Positions 22,649-33,871 of a DNA stretch of 64,000 bases are shown here, piece by piece (position 1 is the stretch's first letter; every line of letters begins with the position of its first letter). A program made the translations under genes and the position numbers. The notes below the pieces were generated by a model, which saw only the letters and a list, made by a program, of their open reading frames with translations, had not been told where the DNA came from and searched no databases. The stretch comes from an uncultured delta proteobacterium (lineage in GTDB: Bacteria > Desulfobacterota > Syntrophia > Syntrophales > UBA2185), in the NCBI GenBank assembly GCA_963695875.1, contig CAVOID010000014.1, positions 64,001 through 128,000 on the forward strand, written 5' to 3'.

Positions 22649-23599
22649 TTACGGGAGAAAGAAAAGAGGGTTTCGGGCCTTATTCTTATGTCGGATTTCA
22701 AAGTTTAGGTAAGCTTCTCCTTTTTTCTCCGGTTTACCTAGTAAGGCTATGTGACCACCCTTCTTAATATGATCATCCACTCTCACTATTCTCTTGCTCA
22801 AATTAGTATAGACAGTGGCATAATTGTCTTCATGTTTTATAATAATTGTTTCTCCATAATCCCTCAACGAATTAGAAAAAATTACTATCCCGCTCGCCGC
22901 AGCTAGTACAGGTGCTCCCTCCTTTGCCGCTATTTTTATTCCGTTAAGATACATACCATTGGGCTGAATGCCAAACCTTGACTGAAGTTTCCCTTTCACA
23001 GGCCATATGAAACGTCCTTTGTCAAATTTTAACTTTTCAGGTTCTCCCCCACTGTCCTTCTCTCTACTTTTCTGCTCAACCTTCTGTTCCGTTTCAGGCC
23101 CTGGCGGCAGTTTACCAGTCAATGCGGAAATATTCTCTATACTTTTTTTTGCCCGGCTCTTTGATTCTTCTCTGGATGAAACCTCCACTTTACTCTTGGG
23201 AACATCCCTCGGTGAAATAACCTCTGTTTTCAATGGCGCTTTATCAGCCTTCGGCACTTCCTTCCCCGGCTTGAGTGCTGACGTTTTATCTTCCTTCTGC
23301 GTGTTTTTTACGGAAGACCCTCTTTCGCTGACCGAGGATATTACGTCATCGATAACCTGATCTGCCGCAGGAATAAACAGGATACTATTTTGACCTATCA
23401 GTCTCGGATCTGTAATATTATTTGCCTCAGCCAGTTCCTGGACGTTTATATTGTAGGCCTTGGCAATACTCCAGAGTGTGTCACCAGCTTTCACTCTGTG
23501 GTATACACCTCTAGTTTTTACGGTTTTGATATGATGGCCTGTGCATGCGAAAAACAGATTTACTAAAAGAAGAAGGATAATGATAAGGCGCCAGTTCAT
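22649..23599 (-). CDS. nlpD: LysM + M23 domain lipoprotein (NlpD-like)
   Basis: Lipobox FFAC; HRVKAGDTLWSIAKAY; FIWPVKG...GIKI...LNFEIR...NP; follows pcm. Confidence 0.8.
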   Translation of the reverse strand: MNWRLIIILLLLVNLFFACTGHHIKTVKTRGVYHRVKAGDTLWSIAKAYNINVQELAEANNITDPRLIGQNSILFIPAADQVIDDVISSVSERGSSVKNTQKEDKTSALKPGKEVPKADKAPLKTEVISPRDVPKSKVEVSSREESKSRAKKSIENISALTGKLPPGPETEQKVEQKSREKDSGGEPEKLKFDKGRFIWPVKGKLQSRFGIQPNGMYLNGIKIAAKEGAPVLAAASGIVIFSNSLRDYGETIIIKHEDNYATVYTNLSKRIVRVDDHIKKGGHIALLGKPEKKGEAYLNFEIRHKNKARNPLFFLP

Positions 23600-23637
23600 G
23601 TTGAATCGATCAGGACAAAACACTTTCAACATGTAAT

Positions 23638-23750
23638 TTGAAGCTCTCCGCAGTAAACTGCGGGGAAACTTCGATCCATAAGGAATAACAATGTTACCCA
23701 TTCGCTCGCTTACCCGGCAGCAAGCTGCGGGAACGCGCTTGCTGCCGGAT
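23638..23750 (-). mobile_element. Miniature IS200/IS605-like element, family A, copy 2
   Basis: ttgaagctctccgcagtaaactgcgg...gctgccgga; two hairpins; highly similar to the 60080 copy. Confidence 0.8.
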
Positions 23751-24404
23751 TCAATACTCCCATCCATATTCTCCAATAAGATCCACGAAACGGCATCCGC
23801 CCAGGTCTTCTTTTTTTACATCATTCAGATCCTCTGATAAACGGGTCAATTTAATCAGCACCTGAGAGTGTCGGCCACCAGCAGGGATTACAAGTCTTCC
23901 TACAATAGCGAGTTGCTCCAATAAAGTTTTGGGTATATTCGGTGCTCCGGCTGTGACTATTATAGCATTAAAGGGAGATTCCTCCCGCCACCCATAAGTA
24001 CCATCCCCGACTCGGATTGCCGCATTAAAATAATTAAGAGATTCTAGCAGTCTCCTTGCTCCACTTGCAAGCGACGCGATGCGATCAATAGAAAAAACAT
24101 GCTCGGCGAGTTCCGCTAATATGGCAGTCTGATACCCGGAGCCTGTCCCGACTTCCAGAACTTTTTCATTACCCTTAAGTTCCATGGCTTCCGTCATGAG
24201 AGCCACAATGTAAGGTTGAGATATGGTCTGCCCTCCGTCTATGGGAAGTGGATTATCATTGTACGCCTGGTCCCTCAAAGCTTCATTTACAAAGAGATGG
24301 CGGGGAACCGTTTCCATAGCTTTTAACACTCGTGGATCCCTGATCCCTCTTGCTCTTATCTGGGATTCCACCATCTTCATTCTTTGTTTTAAGTACCGGT
24401 CCAT
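23751..24404 (-). CDS. pcm: Protein-L-isoaspartate O-methyltransferase
   Basis: VPRHLFV, GQTISQPYIVA, LEVGTGSGYQ, GDGTYGW. Confidence 0.96.
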   Translation of the reverse strand: MDRYLKQRMKMVESQIRARGIRDPRVLKAMETVPRHLFVNEALRDQAYNDNPLPIDGGQTISQPYIVALMTEAMELKGNEKVLEVGTGSGYQTAILAELAEHVFSIDRIASLASGARRLLESLNYFNAAIRVGDGTYGWREESPFNAIIVTAGAPNIPKTLLEQLAIVGRLVIPAGGRHSQVLIKLTRLSEDLNDVKKEDLGGCRFVDLIGEYGWEY

Positions 24405-24814
24405 TATACATCCCGAAGGTATTTTTTCCTGGGTGGAATGCTGTATGATTCTTCGACCCAGTGATGCCGCCGCATACCCATCGCTTCTCTGGTTACAATC
24501 AGATAGTAATATCTCAATTTTGCATGCTCTCTTGCGTGATTGAATTTACCGATCTCTCCGTTAATTTCTTTGAATATTTTCTGTCTCCGGGAAGCAAGCT
24601 TGCCATCGTCATACCCGTCTTCAGATTTTTCGACAATGGAGCGGTAACTTTTCAGCCTCTCTTCAATAACCTGCTCAATTATCCTCATTTTTTCAATGGC
24701 GGCAGCTAACTTTTCACCAGCCCGGCCGAGGACTTCCGCCCTCTCCTTCATCATTTCTTCACGCAGGATATTTTCAGGATCCTTTTGCCTGTCTGTCTTT
24801 AACATAGCAGCCAT
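24404..24814 (-). CDS. Hypothetical helical protein
   Basis: 136-aa ORF abutting pcm; YYLIVTREAMG motif. Confidence 0.6.
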   Translation of the reverse strand: MAAMLKTDRQKDPENILREEMMKERAEVLGRAGEKLAAAIEKMRIIEQVIEERLKSYRSIVEKSEDGYDDGKLASRRQKIFKEINGEIGKFNHAREHAKLRYYYLIVTREAMGMRRHHWVEESYSIPPRKKYLRDV

Positions 24815-24939
24815 TTTCCATTATTCAATCATATTAATATATCATTTAATTACACTTCTTTCAATATAAAAGGCTTTCCATAAAGGAATAACGCAGTTTC
24901 ATATTTTTGAAAAAAGTGTCCAAATAAGTCAGCAAACTG

Positions 24940-25076
24940 CGAAGCAAAAAGTGTAAGTTTCAAGGTGCACATGGTTCGACAAGCTCACCATGACACGTCA
25001 ACTGTGTTGATCCTGCCTGTCCCCTGCCTTCGCGGGAGGTAAACTTCGATAGGAGAACTTTTTACAATGCCTTCAA
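24940..25076. repeat. Composite intergenic REP/MITE-like repeat
   Basis: Shares caaggtgc.(c/t)atggttcga and gcctgtcccc segments (inverted) with the 31503-31734 element, and the ttcgacaagctca unit with 3189. Confidence 0.5.
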
Positions 25077-25175
25077 AGTTTTGCTTTACAGTATCGTAAT
25101 ATTTCGCTTAAAATTAAACATTAGTTCTGCTTCATAAAGATAGAGAATCCTTATTATACTAGGGAGAAAAACAAC

Positions 25176-26768
25176 GTGCCGGGTGTCAGATATGTCATGT
25201 CTCGTGCTGTGAGGAATGCCTATCAGGCGGGCAAAGAAGATGAAACATTGCCTCCCCTTGTTTTATTTAATCGCGCCGGTCAACCCGCGGGAAGATTAAA
25301 AAAAGGAGATGCCGTTATATTTTATAACGTCAGAGGAGAAAGGGAAGTAGAGCTAACGAAAAGTCTGATGGACGCTGGATTCGATAAATTCCCTGTAGAA
25401 AAGAACCTTACGCTTCACTTTGCCACCATGATTGAATACTACAAGGAGCTCAATGCCAGTGTTGCCTTCCCTCCGGAAGGCGTAATTGAAGATACATTAA
25501 GCGAAATCATAGCGCGACACCACCTCAGGCAGGTAAAAATTACGGAAGCCGAAAAGGCGATTCATATTAGCTATTTTCTCAACGGGAAAAACAACGAAGT
25601 CCCTCCGGGTGAAGAAAGGGTAATCGTTCCCACCCGGAAAGATGTGACCCTTTTTGACGAAGCCCCGGAAATGTCCATCAACGCCATCACGGAGAAAGCC
25701 ATAGAAAAAATACGTGACCCCTCATTTCATTTTATCTTCGTAAACTTCCCGAATGTAGATGTCGTCGGACATATAGAAAATGAAGCGGCTGTCATTCGCG
25801 CCGTTGAGGCAGTGGATACATGTACGGGACGTATTGTCGAGGAGGCTCTAAAAGAAGAGCTTGTCGCTATCGTCACTGCCGATCATGGCACAGTTGAAAA
25901 ATGGCTGTTTCCGGACGGCGCCATCGACACTGGGCACACAGACTGCCCCGTTCCTTTTATTCTTGTCGATCACAATCAAAAAAATATATCTCTGCGGGAA
26001 GGCGGCGAACTGGCGGATGTTGCCCCCACCGTCTTAGACCTCATTGATATCCCCAAACCGGCATCTATGACAGGGCGCTCATTGATGAAGAATCACTCGT
26101 TCCGAAGGAAATACGGAGACAGCCCGCGCGTTCTCCTCTTGATCCTCGACGGCTGGGGAGAGAATAGCTCGACGGCAGGGAATCTGATCGCCCGTGCCCG
26201 TACACCCGTCATGGACAGGCTTAAAAAAACATATCCCTATACCCTGCTTGCGGCTTCCGGAGAAGCTGTCGGTCTCGCGCCGGGAACAGTCGGCAATTCG
26301 GAGGCCGGACACCTCCACATAGGTGCAGGGAGAAGGATTTATGCCGACAGCGTAAAAATTGACCGTTCTATTGCAGACGGATCATTCTTTCATAATGAAG
26401 CGTTCCTCCACGTAATCCGCGCCGCGAAAGATGCGGGCACCTCACTTCATCTCCTGGGGATCGTGTCGTTCTTCAGTTCTCATGGCTCTATCAATCATCT
26501 TTTTGCCTTGATGGATCTTGCAAAGCAGGAAGGGATCAAGGATGTTTTTATTCATGCCATGCTCGGCAGGCGGGGAGAGACGCCTGAGAGCGGGGCAAAT
26601 TATATTGAGAAAGTGGAAAGAAAGGCTGAGGAGATCAATCTGGGAAAGGTTGTCTCAGTGATCGGCAGGTACTGGTCAATGGATCGGGAAGAAAACTGGG
26701 ACAGGATTGAAAAAACATACCGCATGCTCGTCTACGGGGAGGGAACCCCTGTGACGGAAAGGAGTTGA
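25176..26768 (+). CDS. gpmI: 2,3-bisphosphoglycerate-independent phosphoglycerate mutase homolog, circularly permuted
   Basis: Canonical C-terminal motifs (NVDVVGH, TADHG, GHT, LADVAPT, MTGRSL) precede canonical N-terminal motifs (LILDGWG, GNSEAGH, GRYWSMDR). Confidence 0.88.
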   Translation: MPGVRYVMSRAVRNAYQAGKEDETLPPLVLFNRAGQPAGRLKKGDAVIFYNVRGEREVELTKSLMDAGFDKFPVEKNLTLHFATMIEYYKELNASVAFPPEGVIEDTLSEIIARHHLRQVKITEAEKAIHISYFLNGKNNEVPPGEERVIVPTRKDVTLFDEAPEMSINAITEKAIEKIRDPSFHFIFVNFPNVDVVGHIENEAAVIRAVEAVDTCTGRIVEEALKEELVAIVTADHGTVEKWLFPDGAIDTGHTDCPVPFILVDHNQKNISLREGGELADVAPTVLDLIDIPKPASMTGRSLMKNHSFRRKYGDSPRVLLLILDGWGENSSTAGNLIARARTPVMDRLKKTYPYTLLAASGEAVGLAPGTVGNSEAGHLHIGAGRRIYADSVKIDRSIADGSFFHNEAFLHVIRAAKDAGTSLHLLGIVSFFSSHGSINHLFALMDLAKQEGIKDVFIHAMLGRRGETPESGANYIEKVERKAEEINLGKVVSVIGRYWSMDREENWDRIEKTYRMLVYGEGTPVTERS

Positions 26769-26771
26769 GCC

Positions 26772-27303
26772 ATGGAAGTAAAGATCAACAATTCCACACT
26801 GGCCCTCGTTGAGGGAGATATAACAATAGAAGAAACGGACGCGATCGTAAATGCCGCCAATTCGAGACTCGCGGGAGGCGGAGGGGTGGACGGCGCCATA
26901 CATCGGGCCGGCGGACCATCCATTATGGCAGGAGTGTCGCAAAATCGGAGGATGTCCTACAGGACAGGCGGTTATCACCACCGGGGGAAATCTCAAGGCA
27001 AAATATGTCATCCACACCGTGGGGCCCGTCTACCAGGGCGGTACAAAGGGCGAAGCAGCACTCCTGAAAAGCGCCCATCTGGAGAGTCTCAAACTCGCCT
27101 CGGCAAAAAAGCTGAAAAGCATTGCCTTTCCGGCAATCAGCACCGGCGTCTATGGTTATCCTGTAAATGAAGCAGCGCAGATTGCCCTGAAAACAGTGAT
27201 CGATTATCTCAAGGAACACAGCGATATTGAGCTGGTGCGCTTCGTTCTCTTCGGCCGCAAAACATACGACATCTTTGCCGAAGAACTGAAAAAACTTATC
27301 TAG
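26772..27303 (+). CDS. Macro-domain O-acetyl-ADP-ribose deacetylase (YmdB-like); frameshift near 26925
   Basis: [42 protein letters not shown]. Confidence 0.92.
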
Positions 27304-27366
27304 AATTTAATCGTGGAGTATGCTGTGCACCCTTGACCTGAGTACAAAACTATGCGAGGAAAAACT

Positions 27367-27920
27367 ATGCGTAAACGAGGCAAGCAGGCAAATCTTCAAA
27401 AACTTGGTAATATCCTCCAGGACATCCTGAAAAAGCACAATATCAATATCGACTCTGAGGAACAGCGTCTGCTGGAAGTATGGTATAAAGCAGTAGGTCC
27501 CGCAGATTTCAGCCCATACCCGCCCTGATAAGCTCAGAAGAAATACCCTGTTCGTTAAAGTTTCTTCTTCCGTGTGGATGCAGCAGCTTCATAATCTTAA
27601 GAGCGATATTATTGAAAAAGTCAACCACCTTATGGGAAAGGAATTAGTCAGGAACGTCCATTTTTCCATCGGTGAGATACCTTCTGCCCTGCCGAAGAAA
27701 CCCCATCCGGAGTCATTTTCCCCTGGAGTCCTATCCCCTGAAGGATAAGGACAAAAAATTGATCGAAAAAAGTACCTCTTCCGTAACAGATAAGGAGTTA
27801 AAGGAAATTCTGAAAAGGGTAATGACAAAAAATATCATTCGGCGGAGGCTTTCGACTGACCCGGAAATCTCCCTGAAAATGCAGGTCATCTCTTCCGTAT
27901 ATTTGCTGCCCTCTGAATAG
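27367..27920 (+). CDS. DUF721/DciA-family protein; frameshifted, 3' end uncertain
   Basis: LLEVWYKAVGP / ISAHTRPDKL...LFVKVSSSVWMQQL...IIEKVN, assembled across frames. Confidence 0.7.
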
Positions 27921-28626
27921 ATAAATAGAGGCGGCATAACTTCCAGCTCTTCACGCCCGCTTTTTATACCTTCCACCAGGACGAATTCTGCGCGTGAATC
28001 ACCATGTGAATGCACTGTTCGCATTCTTTTCGGTTCGATGCCGGACATTCTCATGGAAGATAAAAGTTCGACCATCCTGGTCGCAGGGTATATGATGTTA
28101 GCACGTCCTGATTTTTTTAAAACATATGCCGCTGCATTCAGAAAATCTTGCAGTGTTGCCTTGATCTCGTGACGCGCTATAGATTTCTGATCATTCGGAT
28201 TAATTCTGCCTGATTTCAGTTTTCTATAAGGAGGGTTAAAGACTGCTACGTTAAAGGATTTTGAATCAAAGAGGGCCTCGATGCTTCTGATGTCTCCCAG
28301 GCGGATAGCAAGCTTCTCTTCGAGATTGTTTAGCTGAACGCTTCGCTTTGCCATGTCAACCAGTTCTTCCTGAATATCCACACCGACGACCTTGCCACAT
28401 TCTTTTCTCTGTGCCATAATGATGGCAATCACCCCGCTGCCAGTTCCCAGGTCAATAATGTGGTCTCCTTTTTTCAGATGAACAAAATGTGCTAAAAGAA
28501 GGGCGTCAATGGAAAACCGGTACCCCTTCTCTTTCTGAAAAATCCTGATCCGGCCTCCAAGAGAGTCTCATCAACGGTTTCCCCTTCCCTTCTTAGCGAT
28601 GAGACGTCAGGACCAATTTTTTTCAT
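27731..28626 (-). CDS. tRNA1(Val) A37 N6-methyltransferase-like protein (YfiC/YabB family); frameshift near the 5' end
   Basis: QKEKGYRFSIDALLLAHF, DLGTGSG, NPPY, IARHEI; ATGA overlap with the upstream gene. Confidence 0.85.
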
Positions 28627-29868
28627 GATGTTAAGAGATGCACAAATATGCCGCTGCGGAGTTTTGGTTCAAACCAGGTAGATTTGGGGGGCATGACTTT
28701 ACCGGCCTTTGAAACAGTCATGAGTTGTTCCATAGTCGTTGGATAAAGGGAAAAAGCGACGGCAAACTCGCTTGAATCAACCAGTCTTTCTAGTTCTTGC
28801 ACTCCCCTTATACCACCTATATATTCAATCCTTCCGTCCGTCCTCGGATTTTGAATCCCCAGGACAGGCTTCAACAGATTATCCTGCAGTATAGAAACAT
28901 CGAGAACGTTGACAGGATCATCTTTGTCATAACTGCCATCTTTTGGCTCTATCTTGTACCACCTGCCTCGTAAATACATTCCGATTTCATGGTACCGACC
29001 GGGCAACTTCTCCACAAAATTATTCGAAAACAAAAAATTGCTCACCGACCCTACGAAGAAATTCAACTTCATTCAAGCCATTCAAATCCTTACAGCACGG
29101 TTATAGCCCATGATCTTGAGTTGATTGTGGGGAAACAAAACAGCCATTGCATAGTTGTATGCTTCATCTCCGCTGCTTGCAGGATTCTGTTCCTTTTTCA
29201 ATTTTCTAACCGCTGCGGCGGCAGCAGCCCGGTGATGACCATCGGCAATATAAAGAGTATCAACCTTTTCAAATGAGTTCGTTACTGCTGCAATATCTTT
29301 TTCATTTCTAATAACCCAGACTGTATGAGAAATACCATCATCGGCAATAAAATCGTATTCAGGATCACCTTCAACCATTTTTTTGACCAGGCGATCAATG
29401 AAATCCTGAGCCCGGTATGTTAAGAAGACGGGTCCTGTATTGGCATTGACTGTTAATACATGCTTAATGCGATCAAGCTTCCTTATCCGCTTTTGTCAGT
29501 TCGTGTTTTTTAATCCGACCTGATTCATATTCAGCGAGGCTTATCCTCGCGACGATACCATACTGCTCATGGAGACCAATTTTTTGTCGATATATGTAAA
29601 AACATGGCGTTTTATCCTGAAATAAAACCTGTTCTCGAATAAGTTTATCAAGATTTTATTTGGCAATCTCATATACGCGGTCGCCGTCTGTGTTCAAATG
29701 AGACGGCAAATCAATTTCCGATTTCTCAACATGTAGAAAGTTCAAGGGATTGTCTCGCACGATCTCCCTTGCCTCTTCTACACTCACCACATCATAAGGG
29801 TAAGAAGCAACTGCTTTAACAAATTGTTTCTGCGGCCTGAGCGCCTTGAAGGGAAGAACAACAGACAT
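28623..29868 (-). CDS. DUF1015 family protein; several frameshifts
   Basis: PFKALRP...PYDV, YIADGHHR, MPPKSTWFEPKLRSG. Confidence 0.88.
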
Positions 29869-30000
29869 GATAGAATCTCCTCTTGCGAAATTTTTAACAT
29901 ACTGACATAGTGAAATCAATTTCAAAAGTGCCGGTGATAAAAAACCTCCATCTTTCTTCCGCCCCGCATGCAACACTAAACTGATTAAGAAAGGATTATT

Positions 30001-30480
30001 ATGGGTCTGACGAGGGCTTTTATTCACGGGCTCGAAAGTTCGAGCCAGGGAACAAAGGGAGTATTTTTCACGGAAAGGTACCCAGATATGATTATCGAAG
30101 ATTTTGTCGGTACTTTCAACCAGAGAATGAACAAATTGAATAAATTGCTCTCCGATAAAGCTAACCTGATACTGGTCGGCTCCAGTTATGGAGGATTAAT
30201 GGCCACTGTCTATGCATGCAATTATGCAGAGAAAATCAGAGAAACTCATTCTTCTGGCGCCTGCCCTTAATATTGATGAATTTAAACCGTATCTCAATAA
30301 GAAACTCCATCTTCCTGTTATGATCTATCATGGGAGGAATGATGACGTGGTTCCACCGCTATCCGTCCGGAACATTGCCAGATCGGTTTTTACAAACCTT
30401 CAATACATCTGGTGGATGATGATCATTCCCTCCACAGGACATTCAGTCACATGGACTGGGATACCCTGCTCGAAGCATAA
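30001..30480 (+). CDS. Small alpha/beta hydrolase (YqiA/YcfP-like); frameshifted
   Basis: FIHGLESS, GSSYGG nucleophile elbow, LLAPAL, HGRNDDVVP. Confidence 0.8.
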
Positions 30481-30592
30481 AAACGATTTGAATACGAAAG
30501 AATCACACCTGTCAAACCGGACAACTAATCTCTTGACAAGATTTCGTCGTTCTCTTAACATTAACAAAACATTTGGAGATTAATGAAAGGGT

Positions 30593-31003
30593 ATGTATTC
30601 AAAGAAAGTTGTTATTCGTTATACAGCAAACAATGTGGACCAGCCCATTATATGTCAGCTTGTAAAAAAACACGATCTTGAATTCAACATCCTCAAGGCC
30701 CAGATACTGCCCCGGAGAGAAGGGGTAATTGTCGTTGAACTGAGTGGTTCAAAAGAAAATTTTGATAAAGGCATCCGTTTTCTAAAGGAAAAGGGTCTTA
30801 AAGTTGAACCTGTTTCGAAAAACGTAAGCCAGAATATAGATAAATGTGTTCATTGTGGCGCCTGTACGGCATTCTGTCCAACCGATGCCCTCTCTTTTGA
30901 GAGACAATCTATGAAAGTCCTGTTTGATCCGGAAAAGTGCAACGGGTGTGAACTATGCGTTTTGGCATGCCCGCCAAGAGCTATGGAGGTCAGCATTTTC
31001 TGA
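30593..31003 (+). CDS. NIL domain + 2x[4Fe-4S] ferredoxin
   Basis: FNILKA; CVHCGACTAFCP and CNGCELCVLACP. Confidence 0.9.
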   Translation: MYSKKVVIRYTANNVDQPIICQLVKKHDLEFNILKAQILPRREGVIVVELSGSKENFDKGIRFLKEKGLKVEPVSKNVSQNIDKCVHCGACTAFCPTDALSFERQSMKVLFDPEKCNGCELCVLACPPRAMEVSIF

Positions 31004-31080
31004 ATGAGCCTCTTTCCTGATACTGTAATACTACCTCCTCATTAGATTTCTCACAAAGTGTCGACACTATCCTGGAAACC

Positions 31081-31434
31081 TTATTTCTCCCTGATTGGTT
31101 TATTGTCCGGTTCCAGTTGCTTATCAATATCCCTCGTTACCAGTTTTTCAGCCTTCTTGTATACGCCCTTTACACTATCATAAACCCCTCTACCCTTCTC
31201 TACCACACTGTGCGTTGACTCCTTGGCCTTTTGTATGGTTTCAGTTAAGCTTTTGGGCATTTTTTCAGGCTCTTTAAAACACAGATATCCACCGAAGATT
31301 ATGAGTACAAGAATAAATAATAATGCAATCTTGATGAGTTTCTTGAAGAGAAAACATATGATCAAAATCGCAACAAATACACAAACACCTATGATAAATT
31401 GATGGGATGTTATGTAGTTTATAATATCGTCCAT
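31081..31434 (-). CDS. Hypothetical two-TM membrane protein
   Basis: GGAGG RBS; two hydrophobic segments followed by a helical tail. Confidence 0.6.
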   Translation of the reverse strand: MDDIINYITSHQFIIGVCVFVAILIICFLFKKLIKIALLFILVLIIFGGYLCFKEPEKMPKSLTETIQKAKESTHSVVEKGRGVYDSVKGVYKKAEKLVTRDIDKQLEPDNKPIREK

Positions 31435-31502
31435 TTTAAACCTCCATAATCAGTATGTACTAATGTTACTTCACATCTCAATAAAAATCCAGCAATCCTT
31501 AA

Positions 31503-31734
31503 CAGGCTGTCGAAAAACGCTTCCCCGCCTTCGTGGGGACAGGCTCTGCTGCGTTGCGCTGCACGCTTTCCTCCGACACGCTCAAGACAGGCTTTATATA
31601 CTGTCGTGGTGAGCTGTTTGTCCTGAACGTGTTGAAGGATCGAACCATACGCACCTTGCATTTGGACATCACGTATCGGGTACGGGACAAGCTTTTGCAC
31701 AGCACGGTGACAAGCATGTTTTTTCAACGCTCTA
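31503..31734. mobile_element. MITE-like element with degenerate terminal inverted repeats
   Basis: caggctgtcgaaaaac...gttttttcaacgctct; GC-rich internal palindromes; segments shared with 24940-25076. Confidence 0.55.
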
Positions 31735-31801
31735 TTTAACCTTGACAAACTGTGCACCTGGCGTCTAGATTTCAAGGACAGTAAGGATAAAGGCATTAAG
31801 A

Positions 31802-33118
31802 ATGATCAAAGTTGCCATATCAACCCTCGGTTGCAAGGTTAATCAGTACGAATCAGCAGGCATTTTAGAAAAGCTGGACAAGAGTATCTTTTTACAAGTA
31901 CCATTCAATACGAAGGCCGATTGTTACATAATCAATACATGCACCGTCACAGGTCGGACGGATTACCAATCAAGGCAGCTTATCAGAAGAGCAATCAGGA
32001 CAAACCCTGATGCATCCGTTATCGTTACTGGTTGTTATGCCCAGGTCGCACCTCAAGATATTGCCCGAATTCCCGGTGTGACCTTTATTCTAGGCAATGC
32101 AGAAAAGGATACATATTCCACAGATTATTCAAGCACGTAGTGAAAGGAGACCCGCAAGTACTCGTGAGTGACATTTGCGAAGCCAGGGAACTATCCGGGT
32201 TCAGCCCATCAAAATTCCCCGGACATACGAGGGCATTCCTTAAAATCCAGGATGGATGCAACAGTTTCTGCAGCTATTGTATCGTTCCTTACGCGAGAGG
32301 GCCAAGCAGGAGTCTTCCCGAAAGCGAGGTTTTCAGAACAAATCGAAATGCTGGCGCGGGCCGACTACAGAGAAATAGTCCTGACGGGTATTCATCTTGG
32401 AGTTTATGGTCAGGACCTGATCCCCCCGTCAAATCTTTTCAATATCCTGGAATACGTTGAGAAGAACAAAATCGTAGAGAGATTACGTCTCAGTTCTATA
32501 GAGATCACGGAAATAACGGATGAAATGATCCGGCTGATGAAAAAGGGCGCCACCATCTGCAGACACCTTCATATCCCCTTCCAGAGTGGAGACGACAAAA
32601 TACTTTCGGCCATGAAAAGGAATTATGACTCAGCATTTTTCAAAAATCGCCTGGAAGAAATCTGCCGGGCGATCCCCGATATTGCCATCGGAATTGATGT
32701 CATGGTCGGATTTCCCGGTGAGGGAGAGGAAGAATTTAGTAATACACTACAATTGATTGAGGAACTCCCTGTTGCTTACCTGCATGTATTTCCCTATTCA
32801 GAACGCCCGGGCACACTCGCCTCAAAGCTTACCGGCAGGGTTAATGAAGCCGTCAAAAAAAGACGCAGTGAGATATTGAGGGACATAGGAAAAGAGAAGA
32901 GAAACACCTTCGCAGAAAGGTTTATAGGAGAAAAACTGACTGTTCTTGTTGAGGACAAGAAAGATAAAGATACAGGATGCATGAAGGGATTTTCCGACAA
33001 TTACATACCCGTTCTCATAAGGAACGGCAATTCTTCACTGGTAAACAGTATCGTAAATGTGATACCGGATGATTCGCGAGACGGAAAATTGTATGGAAGG
33101 ATTGTCAAAAATGACTGA
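31802..33118 (+). CDS. mtaB: tRNA ms2t6A methylthiotransferase; two frameshifts
   Basis: [43 protein letters not shown]. Confidence 0.93.
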
Positions 33119-33820
33119 TGAAAGACTTTCAAATCTTGGTAATTTTCAGCAGATTCTTGCCTACAACTTCAGCGATATCAGTCTGCTCGATAATGCATTG
33201 ATACACCGCTCCTTTGTCAATGAAAACCCGTCACTTTCCTACAAGGATAATGAAAGGCTTGAATTTCTGGGAGATGCCGTCATTGGACTTTGCCTCAGCG
33301 ATATGCTGATAAAAAAATTTCCCGATTATGCCGAGGGACAGCTTTCAAAACTGAGGGCCTATGTTGTGAACGAACAGTCACTTGCCGATCTGGCCCGGAA
33401 GCTTAATATCGGAGATTATCTCCTTCTCGGCAAGGGAGAAGAAAGCTCAGGGGGAAGAACCAAAACATCCATTCTCTCAAACGCCTTTGAAGCGGTTACA
33501 GCGTCCATATATCTTGATTGTGGCTTTGAGGAGGTATACAAATTCTTAAAACAAATCTTTGCACCGCTGATTGAGGAAGGAACAAAGAGCCTCATATACA
33601 GGGATTATAAAACAGCACTTCAGGAAATCTGCCAGAACCGGTTTAAAGAGACGCCAAAGTACATTCCTAATCAGAGAAATCGGCCCTGATCATGATAAAA
33701 TCTTCGAGATCAGTTTAACTGTCGCAGGTACAGATCACAGCTACAGGTACGGGAAAAAGTAAAAAGGAAGCAGAACAACGGGCAGCTCAAAAAGCCCTGG
33801 ACGAGCTCGCGAAGCAGTAA
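33111..33820 (+). CDS. rnc: Ribonuclease III; frameshifts in the dsRBD
   Basis: NERLEFLGDAV, EGQLSKLRA, DYKTALQE, GPDHDK, SKKEAEQ. Confidence 0.95.
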
Positions 33821-33871
33821 AACACTGCCCCCGTCACCGATAAAGGGCAGCAATAGATAATAAAGACACAG

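Noticed and set aside
23600..23776. N-terminal extension of the nlpD ORF
   Set aside because: It is read-through across the family A mini-element; the signal peptide and lipobox begin at about 23599
27731..27920. 190-bp convergent overlap between the DciA-like gene and the methyltransferase
   Set aside because: Both genes are frameshifted, so their stop positions are unreliable; may be an artefact
31419..31796. ORFs 31419-31796, 31499-31717, 31533-31739, and also 62109-62309
   Set aside because: They lie over non-coding repeat elements and lack protein-like features
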